From Candidatus Latescibacterota bacterium (GTDB taxonomy: Bacteria; Latescibacterota; UBA2968), in the NCBI GenBank assembly GCA_965207885.1, contig OZ242311.1, forward strand, positions 384,001 through 448,000: a stretch of 64,000 nt of DNA, in the 5' to 3' direction. The translations under genes were made by a program, and so were the position numbers. Positions 45,818-55,619 of this stretch are shown piece by piece (positions within the stretch are counted from its first letter, which is position 1; every line of letters starts with the position of its first letter). The notes under the pieces were generated by a model. It ran no database searches. It was given only the letters and a program-made list of their open reading frames with translations, and had not been told where the DNA came from.

Positions 45818-46729
45818 TTAAGCTGTCTCTTCAGTCGGGTCAGGTGTTTGGTTTGTGTTGTTCTCTGCAAGGGCAGTCAGTCCACCAATAGCCCCCAGGT
45901 TCATCGACTCCAGAGCAGAACTCGGTACGATTACCAGAGACCCTTTTTCTTTTAGTCCTTCGAAGAGCATGTTCATGCCGCGCAGTTGAAGGGCGACGGG
46001 GTTATTGTGATAGTTTTCGCTGGCCTGGGAGAATTTTTCTGAGATTTCGGTTTCGGCTGTGCCCAGGATGATCCGGGCCTGGCGCTCTCTTTCTGCCTGG
46101 GCTTGCTTGCTCATGGCGTCTGCAAGGTCGGGTGGTATAACGATGTCCTTGATGCCGACACTCTGACAGGTAATACCCCAGGAACTGGTCGTTTCGTCGA
46201 GGGCCTGTTGCAATGCTTCGGCGATCTTTTCTCGATTTTGCAGGAGATCTGCCAATTCGTGTTTGCCGATGATGTCGCGCAGGCCAGTCCGGGAGACGAG
46301 TGAGACGGCGTATTCGTATTCCTGAACTTCGAGGGCGGCTTTTTCAGCATCCCAAACGGTCCAATAGACGACGGCATCGACATTGACCGGGACAGTGTCT
46401 TTTGTCAGGGTAGAGTCAGCTCTAATATCAGTAACCCGGACTCGCTGGTCGATATATTTATCGACCCGGTCGATGATGGGAATGATGAGAAACCAACCCG
46501 GTCCTTTTAATCCAATAAATTTTCCCATACGCAAGACCACGGCTTTTTCCCACTGGTCAGAGATTTTCAATGTGGCGGCAATGAATAGCGTAGCAGCCAG
46601 TCCGATCAGGGCAATGGTTAAAGATATCAGGTCCGTATAGAACAGGATTGCGTTTGCCAGTGTGAGGATGAGGAAAATGAAGATCGAGACGAGATTGATA
46701 TGCTTGTTCAGAGGAATTTTATCGTTCAT
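45818..46729 (-). CDS. SPFH/band 7 (slipin) protein
   Basis: WEKAVVLRMG, GPG...IIP, TKDTVPVNVDAV, AMSKQAQAERERQAR. Confidence 0.93.
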   Translation of the reverse strand: MNDKIPLNKHINLVSIFIFLILTLANAILFYTDLISLTIALIGLAATLFIAATLKISDQWEKAVVLRMGKFIGLKGPGWFLIIPIIDRVDKYIDQRVRVTDIRADSTLTKDTVPVNVDAVVYWTVWDAEKAALEVQEYEYAVSLVSRTGLRDIIGKHELADLLQNREKIAEALQQALDETTSSWGITCQSVGIKDIVIPPDLADAMSKQAQAERERQARIILGTAETEISEKFSQASENYHNNPVALQLRGMNMLFEGLKEKGSLVIVPSSALESMNLGAIGGLTALAENNTNQTPDPTEETA

Positions 46730-47102
46730 GGTCTGCTCCTTGTCGTTGTTTCAGTTCTTTGATCAAGTCTGCAAGGTTGAATCCGTAGGCCGCGGCAATG
46801 CTCTGGAATTCATTGCATATACCAGTCAGCTTTTTTTCCTTTTCGTTGGCGGGAATCTCTACTTTTACTGGCGCGATAAATGTTCCTGAACCCTGCTGGG
46901 TTTCCAGAATGTTTTTGATTTCCAGTTCCCGATAGGCTTTGCTGATGGTGTTGAGGTTGACTTTGAGTTCTACGGCCAGCGCGCGAACAGTGGGTAATTG
47001 GTCTCCTACATTCAATTTGCCAGCCGCAATGCCATAACGAATCTGGTCAATGATCTGGCGATAGAAAGGGATACCACTTTTAGGGTCTAATTCAAAATTC
47101 AT
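46719..47102 (-). CDS. GntR family (YtrA-like) transcriptional regulator
   Basis: PFYRQI, GDQLPTVRALA..L.VNLNT..KAY.EL..G.GTF, short C-terminus. Confidence 0.92.
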   Translation of the reverse strand: MNFELDPKSGIPFYRQIIDQIRYGIAAGKLNVGDQLPTVRALAVELKVNLNTISKAYRELEIKNILETQQGSGTFIAPVKVEIPANEKEKKLTGICNEFQSIAAAYGFNLADLIKELKQRQGADHER

Positions 47103-47150
47103 CTTGGGATTATACCTCACGTTTTAGAATACGCTTGTCATATCGTCTTA

Positions 47151-47191
47151 TTGTCATAGTGAAATATGACAATGTGACAAATAATTGTCAA
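47151..47191 (-). promoter_or_regulatory. Palindromic operator overlapping a sigma70 promoter of gntR-SPFH
   Basis: TTGTCATA-GTGAAA-TATGACAA palindrome at 47151-47172; minus-strand TTGACA at 47191-47186. Confidence 0.6.
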
Positions 47192-47235
47192 GGGGAATTT
47201 CTACTTTGAAGTATTTCGGATAGGATGATCCAGCG

Positions 47236-48534
47236 TCAGGCGTCTGTTTCCGATGGTGTTTCTTGACGCGCCATGCGGATGCCTTTTTGTTCGTCAACGG
47301 TGCGCAAGAGGAGGCCGCCGACGATGAAGAACAGGCCCACGGTTGCCATGCCGTAGCGCTGGGATCCAGAGGCTTGTGTGATGACGCCCATGAGGAGGGG
47401 GCCGAGAAATGCCGTGGCTTTTCCCGAGAAGGCGTAGAAGCCGTAAAATTCGGTTTCTTTGTTTTTGGGGACAAATCGTCCCATGAGGGACCGGCTGGCT
47501 GATTGGTTGGGACCGGCAAATAGGCCGACGAGGAGGCCCGCGATCCAGAACCAGATTTTTTCCTGGGGTACGACGGCGATGATCGCCGCGATGACGAATC
47601 CGACAAGGGTGATCTGGATGGTGAGTTTGCCGCCCAGGCGGTCGTCCAGGTACCCAAAACACCATGCGCCAATGCCGGCTGCGATGTTGACGATGATGCC
47701 GAAGAAGAGGACTTCTTCAAATGTGAATCCAAATGTGCCTGCCGCATAAATACCGCCAAAGGCAAAGACGGTGATGAGGCCGTCGTTATAGACGAGGCGC
47801 GCGAGCAGTAGTTTGAAGATTTCCCGGTAGCGCTGGAGTTCGCGGAAGGTTTGCAGGATGCGTCGGTAGGATGCAGCCAAACTCAGTTTGCCGCCAGTTT
47901 GTCGCGCAGGTGTTTGGGGTAAATAGAAGAGGGCTGGGATGCTGAAGATGGCAAACCAGATTGCAACGCCGATGTTTGTCGCCCGGATGTGTGCATGGGT
48001 TTCTTTGGTGAGGCCAAACCACGGGGTTTCTGCGGATACAAAGCCGACCATGAGGACGGCCATTGAGAGCAGGCCCCCGAAATATCCCACGCCCCAAGCT
48101 TGTCCCGATATGCGACCGATGCGTTCGGGCGGGGCAATGTCGGGCAAGAAGGCATTGTAAAATACGATGCCCATTTCAAAGCAGATACAGGCGATGATGT
48201 AGAGGGTTAATGCATAGGTAGCTTGCCCCTGTTGCGGGAAATAGAGCAGTGCGGTGAAGATGACGGCGAGGAATGTGAAGAATATTAAAAAGCGTTTGCG
48301 ATACCCGCCCTGATCAGATAGCGCGCCGAGGGGTGGCGATAGCAGTGCGACGACGAGCATGATGATGCCGACGCCGCGAGACCATAAAGCTGTGCCGATA
48401 ATTTCATTTTCAGCGATGACTTTGGTAAAGAACGCCGCGTAGATAAATGTGGTGACGTTGTTGGCAAAGGACGAGTTTGCAAAGTCATACATCATCCACG
48501 AGATGATGGTTTTTCGGTGGGTGGTTTTGGGCAT
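47236..48534 (-). CDS. MFS transporter (UMF1/Atg22-like)
   Basis: SWMMYDFANS, FYNAFLPDIA, RISG..W..GY.GG, YNDGL.T, QSASRS, EFYGFY. Confidence 0.92.
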   Translation of the reverse strand: MPKTTHRKTIISWMMYDFANSSFANNVTTFIYAAFFTKVIAENEIIGTALWSRGVGIIMLVVALLSPPLGALSDQGGYRKRFLIFFTFLAVIFTALLYFPQQGQATYALTLYIIACICFEMGIVFYNAFLPDIAPPERIGRISGQAWGVGYFGGLLSMAVLMVGFVSAETPWFGLTKETHAHIRATNIGVAIWFAIFSIPALFYLPQTPARQTGGKLSLAASYRRILQTFRELQRYREIFKLLLARLVYNDGLITVFAFGGIYAAGTFGFTFEEVLFFGIIVNIAAGIGAWCFGYLDDRLGGKLTIQITLVGFVIAAIIAVVPQEKIWFWIAGLLVGLFAGPNQSASRSLMGRFVPKNKETEFYGFYAFSGKATAFLGPLLMGVITQASGSQRYGMATVGLFFIVGGLLLRTVDEQKGIRMARQETPSETDA

Positions 48535-48554
48535 GGGAGAAGTGATAAGAGAAG

Positions 48555-49670
48555 TCACATCGACTCTTTGATAAAGGATTTTAACTCAGGTGTAATGTTC
48601 AAGAACACGGTTTCTTGGATGGGTGTTTTGGATTGATAGGAGATTACGAATCTGTACTCTCTTTGGCTGGCAAACTGGGTTCTCTTCAAGAAGAAAATAG
48701 CAGAGTTCGCTTCGACCATAGAAAGCTTCTCGAACATGGGTTCCTTTGGCTCGTCACTGTAGATGACCGGCCCATGGAAGACTTGGATAACCCCTTTGAG
48801 TGGCGGTCTCGCAGACTTGAGTTTTTCTCTATAAAGGGAATCTAATTCTGGATATTCCCTGAAGAGGTTATCTGTTTTGAAGAAGTCCTCGTCTGAAACA
48901 TCAACGACTTGTCTTGCGAATTCGATTCCTAGATGTTTTGCGAATTTTGCAGGATTAAGGATGACCGAGGCAGCGTCATACCCTTGGGGCATTTCAGATC
49001 CTTGTAGGGCTGTACAGTAGATGAATGAGTCGCTCTGTACCTCGTATGTAGTCTCTATTTTTCCAAGGTGCAGGTCGGGAGGTTCTACGAAAGAGATTCC
49101 ATGCCTCGTGAAAAACTCATTGAAGAACTCGTTGAAGTATTCTACGAAATTTGGAAAGACTTTGATTGGTCCGTCATTTATGTTTCCTATAACTTCCATT
49201 TCCATTAAGCGAGGGTCGCATAGAGGTGTGGATAAATTGTTTATAGGAATGTTATGTCTCGTGTAGAACTCCTCAAGTGTTGATTTTACCTTGAAGGTTC
49301 CCTCCCAAGAGTCTCCTATTCCTTCGAGCTCTTGGAAGTTTTTTCGATAGTGGTGGAGAGTTCCTAGCTTAAGAGATCTTCCATTGTGTGGAGCATATTT
49401 ACTTTCTGAGTATTTTATCAGACTATTGGGCGGTTTATGTAGAGTTTTCCGGTTTAGAAACTGGGATGAGTAATCTAAGGGGGCGGCGACGACGAGCAGG
49501 TGACGATTAACCAAGACCAGAGCTTCTAATCTTTTTTGTCCTGGGTACAGTTTCTCCCTTACGAAATCCAGAGGTTCAGTGGGAAGTTCAAATACATCTG
49601 GAAGAAGTTCAAGTATCTCCATGACGTCGTACGTTTTTTGGGCTTGGGTCTGGGGATTTTTTTGATGCAT
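48555..49670 (-). CDS. Hypothetical protein (371 aa), AT-rich, at the island edge
   Basis: Long ORF; LGTLHHYRK..IGD..EG and FLKRTQFASQREYRFVI motifs. Confidence 0.75.
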   Translation of the reverse strand: MHQKNPQTQAQKTYDVMEILELLPDVFELPTEPLDFVREKLYPGQKRLEALVLVNRHLLVVAAPLDYSSQFLNRKTLHKPPNSLIKYSESKYAPHNGRSLKLGTLHHYRKNFQELEGIGDSWEGTFKVKSTLEEFYTRHNIPINNLSTPLCDPRLMEMEVIGNINDGPIKVFPNFVEYFNEFFNEFFTRHGISFVEPPDLHLGKIETTYEVQSDSFIYCTALQGSEMPQGYDAASVILNPAKFAKHLGIEFARQVVDVSDEDFFKTDNLFREYPELDSLYREKLKSARPPLKGVIQVFHGPVIYSDEPKEPMFEKLSMVEANSAIFFLKRTQFASQREYRFVISYQSKTPIQETVFLNITPELKSFIKESM

Positions 49671-49692
49671 AATTTGAGAACCTGCTGAGGTG

Positions 49693-50061
49693 CTACTTGG
49701 TCGCTAAACTCTGGCTTTGCAAACCTGGTACGTTTTGAAGTTCGGCGTCATTTGTCACCAGAACGGCCTGATGACAAATAGCGGTGGCGGCAATAATTGC
49801 ATCCGGTAACTTGAGTCCCGATTCTCGTCGCAAGCGAATAGCTTCTTTCTTTATATCTTGGTCTATACCGTAAATAGCCAATTTGGCAAGTGTGTCACGG
49901 ATTAAGGTTTCTTCTGTTGAAGTTAATTTCGAAAAAGAAAGTAATTCTATTTCAGTAATTATTGAACATATAATTTCGCCACGAGGCAACAAGTCTGCCA
50001 GACGGTCATTGAAGCGCAGAATGAAAATGTTGGTATCTATCACAAAACGTTCAGAGTTCAT
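49693..50061 (-). CDS. vapC: VapC (PIN domain) toxin
   Basis: FVIDTNIFI, ITEIEL, LKLPDAIIAATA, LVTND; ATGA overlap with the antitoxin. Confidence 0.92.
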   Translation of the reverse strand: MNSERFVIDTNIFILRFNDRLADLLPRGEIICSIITEIELLSFSKLTSTEETLIRDTLAKLAIYGIDQDIKKEAIRLRRESGLKLPDAIIAATAICHQAVLVTNDAELQNVPGLQSQSLATK

Positions 50062-50303
50062 TTCTCCCAACCCCGATCCCATTCAGCCCGAAGCTTTCGC
50101 TGAAACGCCACCGGGTCATCAATGTCTCGAAACGCTTGAATTTTGCCATCAAGATCCGATAGGACATCTGCACCTTCTGTTTTTCTTTGTTCGTCTTCCT
50201 GCAGGTAAACGGCAACACGAGCCTTTCGACCAAATGCCTCGCGAAAGTCAGTAGGAAGTTTGCCGTCTTTGGCAATGACGATTTCTTTTTCAATCAATTT
50301 CAT
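50058..50303 (-). CDS. Cognate VapB-type antitoxin
   Basis: Small ORF directly upstream of vapC; DPVAFQRKLRAEW tail typical of PIN antitoxins. Confidence 0.8.
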   Translation of the reverse strand: MKLIEKEIVIAKDGKLPTDFREAFGRKARVAVYLQEDEQRKTEGADVLSDLDGKIQAFRDIDDPVAFQRKLRAEWDRGWEK

Positions 50304-50383
50304 GGTCTTTGTCCTTTCCTCATGCAATAAATGTACTGAATCACGCGAAATCGCGCCACCCTGTACATCTATATAGGCAGACT

Positions 50384-53300
50384 TCAAGCGGCACTTTCGT
50401 AATATGGCGATGGTAATTTGGGATAGGCGCGGTAGATGTGGCGGAATACGTCTTCGGTTTTTGTTTTTATGTCCTTTTCCGTGTATTTGTGAGGCAGGCC
50501 AGTTTCGTCGCTGAAGAGAAAGTCATAGATGGATGTCCGTACGGCGTCTCGGGTCGCTTCTTTTTCACACCATTGGTGGACGCGCAGATTGCTGGCTTTT
50601 AGTTTTTTTAAGAGACTGACGGCCACTTTTTTTATTTGTGTGATTTCGTTTGCGTTCAGATTGGGTTTTTTCAAGAGGTCGAAAATGGCAAGGGATTCTT
50701 CGTCGAGGCCCTCGCGAACAGCCCGGGTCTCTTCTTCATCCAATGCCTGCACCAGTTTGAGTAATGCCTCGAAGGTGCGCTCTATTGTTATCTGGTCTTT
50801 TTCGCGGTTGTACGCTGCTACGATTGCTTCGTAGTGGTGCTGGAAGTCCGTGCGTAATGGGTTTTGCTGCAGTAGGCGTTGCAATTTTTGTTCTACTGCT
50901 TGTCTGAGGTTTTGGACGGTGGTGTTTTTTTCCCGGATACGCACGAATTCTCGCTTCAGACGCTCGAAGTCTATCTGGCTGATGTCGTAAAGGCGCCGAT
51001 CTTCATCAGGATGCGGATTTGCAGGTACATCACTGACTGTGGGTTCAATGGCCGCATCTACTATCCGCTGTAATTCCATTAGAATGTCTGAGATGTCGGC
51101 CTGATTGCGGTCTTGCTGGAGGCTTTTGTACACGATGTCAATGGCGTCGCGGTCTTTGCGATATGTGTGGATGTTCTGGACGTTGACACAGGCTTTGTAT
51201 TTTTTGAATACTTCGCGGCACATGACTTCGAAGCGTTTGCGGGTTTCGTCGTTTTCGTTGACGGCTTCTTTGCAGGCTACGATCGCTGCGTTGCGCTGGA
51301 AGCCCGTTTTTTCAATGATGTCGTCCAGTGGTGCGTTGCGTTTGTCGAGGAAGTCTCGCACCAGGGCGATGGCTTCGGCGAGGTCTGATAGGAGTTCTTC
51401 GTCGGGTTTTGCGGGGTCGGTCGGTGTGCTATCTCCATCCGTTTGCGTGCCAGCGAAGGTTGCGAGTGCCTGGCGCAGGTGGACGAGGACGCCGCAGTAA
51501 TCTACGATCAGGCCGTTGTTTTTGTTTTCGTTTACGCGGTTGGCGCGGGCAATGGCCTGCATGAGGGTGTGGGCTTTGAGTGGTTTGTCGAGGTAGAGCG
51601 TTGATAGGCACGGGACATCGAAACCCGTTAGCCACATGGCGCAGACAATGGCGATGCGGAATGGGTGTTCCTCATCTTTGAAGGCTTCGTCCAAGTCCAT
51701 GCGTTGCTTGTTGCGGTACTGCGGCTTGTTCCTCATGGACTCGGGCAAGTCCATGCCTTCTTTGATGAGCCTGCGGTGCTGGATGATGTCCAGTTCCCAT
51801 TTGTTGAATTTTTCGATTTCGCCCTGTTCTTCGCTGATTACGACTGCTGCGCGGGTCTCGCGCATCCATTCGATCTTCTGATGCAGGTATGTTTTCTCTT
51901 CTTCATCCGTTGTCCGCGATAGCCTTGTTTCCAATTTTTGGATGTGTTCGTGCCAGTAGAACTCAATCAATTTGTGCATTCGCACACAGGTTATTTTGTC
52001 GATGCAGACCAGCATGGCTTTGCCGGTTTCCCAGGCGGTTGAGTAGTGTCGCGTGAAGTCCCGCGCCAGTTGGTCGAGCCGTTTGCCCGCGGTGATGATG
52101 TGGTAGGCGCGTTTGAGTTCTCGTTCGAGGTGCTGTTCCTCGTCGATGTCGCTGATTTCGGCCTCTTCCAATTTTTCGGCGATTTTTTCGTTCAGATCAT
52201 CAATTGCTACGCCGAGTTTGTCGCCGCGCGCGTCGTAGTAGAGGGGGAGCGTGGCGTTGTCTTCTACTGCACGCTGGAAGTCGTAGGTGGAGACGTAGTC
52301 GCCGAAGACGCGGCGTGTGATCTGGTCGTCTTTGAACAGGGGTGTGCCCGTGAAGCCCATGTAGGATGCGTTGGGCAGGGCGGCGCGCATGTTGGCTGCT
52401 AATTCGCCGTATTGGGTGCGGTGCGCTTCGTCGGTGATGACGATGATGTCGTCGCGCTGGGTGTAGCCTTTTTTGGGATCTATGTCCTCCTGGTTGAATT
52501 TCTGGATGAGGGAGAAGATGTGCGATTTGTGTTCTGTCAATAGCTGGTTCAGGTGTGGCCCGTCTGTTGCGCGACAAGGGTCTCGGTCGTTTACAACGCC
52601 GCAGCCAGCGAAGGTTTTGTAGATTTGCGTGTCCAAGTCTGTGCGGTCGGTGAGGATGAGGAAGGTGAAGTTGCCACCGAGTTTGCGGTGTACTTTGCGG
52701 GTGAAGAGTACCATGGAGTAGCTTTTGCCTGCTCCCTGTGTGTGCCAGAAGACGCCGAGTTTGCCCTGGCGTGCTTTGCGGTCGCGCACGGCATCAATGG
52801 CGCGGTTCACGCCGAGGAACTGGTGGTTGCGGGCGAGGATTTTCTTTGTTTCGCCGGATGTTTCGTCAAAGAGGATGAAGTTTTCTATGATGTCCATGAA
52901 GTCGCGTTTGTTGCAGACGCCCTTGAGGAGGGTTTCCATATCGACGACGCCGGGTTCTTCTTCGGACAGGCGTTTCCATTCGTGGAAGTGATCCCACTCG
53001 CTGGTGATAGAGCCGAGTTTTGCTTTTTCGCCGTTGCCAAACATGACGATGGCGTTGTGGTGGAAGATGTGGGGGATGGTGTCGTGGTAGTCCGAGTAGT
53101 TGCCGTTGTACGCGGCTTTGAGATCTCGGTGGATGTTTTTGCATTCGATGAAGAGGAGGGGCAGGCCGTTGACGAAGCCGATGATGTCTGCCCGTCTGCG
53201 GTAGAGGTCGCCCTTTATCCACAATTCGCGCACGCAGAGGAAGTGGTTGTTTTCGGGGGTTTCAAAATCGAAGATTCGGAGGCGTTCCCGCGTCTGCTCG

Positions 53301-53638
53301 CCGTTGGCGTTGCGGAATGTGACGGGTACGCCGTTGCGGATGAAATCGTACTTTTCGCGGTTGGTGGCGACGATGCTCTGCGAAGCAGTGGTGGATGTGA
53401 TTTTCCGGATTGCGTCGTTGTAGGCGTCTTCGGGTAGGCCGGGATTAAGAGTTCGCAGTGCGGTGAGCAGATAGCGTGTGAGCACTACTTCGCGGTCGGA
53501 GGTGCGACCAAGCAGGCTATCCTGTCCGAAGTCCTCGCTGTTATAGGCATAGACAGATTCCCAGCCGAGTTGCTGTTCGAGATACTCGGCTGTGGTCTGC
53601 TGAACGAGGGTGTCTTCAGTGTAAGGGGTTGGGTTCAT
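50384..53638 (-). CDS. hsdR: Type I restriction enzyme R subunit
   Basis: RRADIIGFVNGLPLLFIECK nuclease motif, WHTQGAGKS, DEAH, FTGTP, MWLTGFD.P, QAIARANR. Confidence 0.97.
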   Translation of the reverse strand: MNPTPYTEDTLVQQTTAEYLEQQLGWESVYAYNSEDFGQDSLLGRTSDREVVLTRYLLTALRTLNPGLPEDAYNDAIRKITSTTASQSIVATNREKYDFIRNGVPVTFRNANGEQTRERLRIFDFETPENNHFLCVRELWIKGDLYRRRADIIGFVNGLPLLFIECKNIHRDLKAAYNGNYSDYHDTIPHIFHHNAIVMFGNGEKAKLGSITSEWDHFHEWKRLSEEEPGVVDMETLLKGVCNKRDFMDIIENFILFDETSGETKKILARNHQFLGVNRAIDAVRDRKARQGKLGVFWHTQGAGKSYSMVLFTRKVHRKLGGNFTFLILTDRTDLDTQIYKTFAGCGVVNDRDPCRATDGPHLNQLLTEHKSHIFSLIQKFNQEDIDPKKGYTQRDDIIVITDEAHRTQYGELAANMRAALPNASYMGFTGTPLFKDDQITRRVFGDYVSTYDFQRAVEDNATLPLYYDARGDKLGVAIDDLNEKIAEKLEEAEISDIDEEQHLERELKRAYHIITAGKRLDQLARDFTRHYSTAWETGKAMLVCIDKITCVRMHKLIEFYWHEHIQKLETRLSRTTDEEEKTYLHQKIEWMRETRAAVVISEEQGEIEKFNKWELDIIQHRRLIKEGMDLPESMRNKPQYRNKQRMDLDEAFKDEEHPFRIAIVCAMWLTGFDVPCLSTLYLDKPLKAHTLMQAIARANRVNENKNNGLIVDYCGVLVHLRQALATFAGTQTDGDSTPTDPAKPDEELLSDLAEAIALVRDFLDKRNAPLDDIIEKTGFQRNAAIVACKEAVNENDETRKRFEVMCREVFKKYKACVNVQNIHTYRKDRDAIDIVYKSLQQDRNQADISDILMELQRIVDAAIEPTVSDVPANPHPDEDRRLYDISQIDFERLKREFVRIREKNTTVQNLRQAVEQKLQRLLQQNPLRTDFQHHYEAIVAAYNREKDQITIERTFEALLKLVQALDEEETRAVREGLDEESLAIFDLLKKPNLNANEITQIKKVAVSLLKKLKASNLRVHQWCEKEATRDAVRTSIYDFLFSDETGLPHKYTEKDIKTKTEDVFRHIYRAYPKLPSPYYESAA

Positions 53639-55395
53639 TTGGGTGGTCGATCAAAATAAAAACCCAACAGACTTTTAGAGGGATCTTCGTCGGTGAGGGT
53701 CAGCCGAACATGCTTATCGAAGTTAAAGCCATCGCTAAAGTCATCTCGCGGAACCATATCGGAATTTAGAGTACAAATGTACTGTACATTATTTGCACTT
53801 GATACCTTGCTCGCATGCTCAAATGCAAGTGCTCGTTGCCTGGAGTCAACACCGTCATAAAGACCACTGTCATGAATCAAGAAATTGAGTCTATCATTCT
53901 GTTTTGACATGATTTGTAATAGCATCAAATCGAAGCAGAAAATTTTCATCTTCTCAATGCCTTCGCTACCACTTTTGTCTATCTCGACATCGTACTTGAA
54001 CCCTGTTTCATCAATATTAATCACCAAGCGCCCGGGTGCCTCGTAAAGTGCCTGAGAGTTGTCGTTGAAAAGACGGAGTGGAAGGCTCCAAATATCTCTA
54101 CGTTCTTCGTGATCTTGCTCGGCAATCTTAGTCAATTCAGCCTTCGCTATATTTATATTGCGTTTCCGCGTGGTTCTATCCTTTATTTCTTCAAGCCAAG
54201 TAAGTTTCTGTTCTAAATTGCTGCGTATTTCAATGATGCGTTCCTGGAGTTTAGCCAGTTCTTGCAGTGCTCCGTGCGTTTCAAGAATTCTAAGCAAATC
54301 AGCCCTCTCATCAGTTAGTCGTCTAATTTCATCGTTTTGGACCCTGATTTTACGTTCTATGCGCCTGATTTCCGTTTCGAGAAAGACTCGCCTATTCTCG
54401 ATAATTTTCGAATGAAACTCTTTGGCTTCGGTAAGAGTACGACGAACCGAGTCAGAAAAAATCACACCAGTTTCTTCGTAGATATTGTCAATGGCTGTGT
54501 CAGAAGGGGGTGTCTCTGCTTCTACTGACTCTCTGTACCGAGACAAACGTCTTTGATCGACAATGTTCTTGTTGGTCAAATTGTGAATGGTTTCAGTGAT
54601 CTTATCAGCTTCGTTCTGAATTGTTTCGTACTGTGGGTGTACTTTGAATCCTTCTAAAGCATCTGATTCACGTTTGAGTTGACTTTCCAATTGAACGCAT
54701 TCCGCCTCTAACTCGCCAACTGAACCCCTTGCGCCTTCCATAGCACCGGACCTAATCGCTTCATCAATTGCCTTAATGCCCTTTTCTTGATCTTTCAATT
54801 CTTGCCATTTAGACGCATTCTCCCAGTTCATTTCAAGCAAAAGCGCGATGTGAAGTTGCCTGTCCCATGTCGCTTGGTGACGGGTATGACTGAATGGATC
54901 TATGTAAGCGGCGGTGCCGCGTCTTATGAAATATGAGATCAGACTACGGAAAGAAGGCCTGTGCCTGGTGGCATAGTCAGAGTGCAAGCCAAATAAAGCC
55001 CACCCCAAGAGTGCCCGCCAGCGGTCTAATTTGAACCTACCTCCTCTGAGGAGATCGAAACTATCAGGTTGTTCAATCCAACCAGTTGTCGGGCCTTCTA
55101 TATATAGCCAGTTCGGACTTTCAATAGCGCGGGTCACTTTCACACGGTTACCCTCAAGTGTAATTTCCAATGTAAATTCCCAATCTTGCAATGGATCTAT
55201 AGAGAGGCCCTGCCCCTTGCGAACGTTGGAGCCCAAACAAAAGTCAATAATGTCAATTAGAGTAGATTTACCCAGACCGTTTCGCGTGTCCTTTTGAGTA
55301 GATTCCTCAGTGCGGTCTGCTAAAATGACATTCAGTCCCGATGCAAATTCCACTGTATGAAATGAAGATTGGTTAGCAGTAATTCGATGAATCAT
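53635..55395 (-). CDS. lmuB: SMC-like ABC ATPase (DUF2326) of an ABC-3C/Lamassu system
   Basis: Walker A RNGLGKST, coiled coil, signature-like SGSEG, FLIHDS..DGVD, YICTLN. Confidence 0.88.
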   Translation of the reverse strand: MIHRITANQSSFHTVEFASGLNVILADRTEESTQKDTRNGLGKSTLIDIIDFCLGSNVRKGQGLSIDPLQDWEFTLEITLEGNRVKVTRAIESPNWLYIEGPTTGWIEQPDSFDLLRGGRFKLDRWRALLGWALFGLHSDYATRHRPSFRSLISYFIRRGTAAYIDPFSHTRHQATWDRQLHIALLLEMNWENASKWQELKDQEKGIKAIDEAIRSGAMEGARGSVGELEAECVQLESQLKRESDALEGFKVHPQYETIQNEADKITETIHNLTNKNIVDQRRLSRYRESVEAETPPSDTAIDNIYEETGVIFSDSVRRTLTEAKEFHSKIIENRRVFLETEIRRIERKIRVQNDEIRRLTDERADLLRILETHGALQELAKLQERIIEIRSNLEQKLTWLEEIKDRTTRKRNINIAKAELTKIAEQDHEERRDIWSLPLRLFNDNSQALYEAPGRLVINIDETGFKYDVEIDKSGSEGIEKMKIFCFDLMLLQIMSKQNDRLNFLIHDSGLYDGVDSRQRALAFEHASKVSSANNVQYICTLNSDMVPRDDFSDGFNFDKHVRLTLTDEDPSKSLLGFYFDRPPK

Positions 55396-55619
55396 TGCTT
55401 CACCCTCACAATCAGACTGTTTTCTAGACTTATAGCACCGACGATGTGAAGCATGTCAAGTGCCAGCACAAACCGTTCAAAGGTGCCTATCGCGTCTTCC
55501 TCTCGAACGGTCTCCCACAGGCTGGTCACCGTCTGTGGTTGGTCAATCTCTTTGAGCAGGATGGCACCAACACCGATTAGAGCCTGGTCTTGGGAAATAT
55601 GCTTTGACGGAAGGATCAT
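55392..55619 (-). CDS. lmuC: ABC-3C middle component (Lamassu small subunit)
   Basis: 75 aa, MILPSKH...GA.LL...TV..LW...F..ALD.L..G; 4-nt overlaps with both neighbours. Confidence 0.82.
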   Translation of the reverse strand: MILPSKHISQDQALIGVGAILLKEIDQPQTVTSLWETVREEDAIGTFERFVLALDMLHIVGAISLENSLIVRVKQ

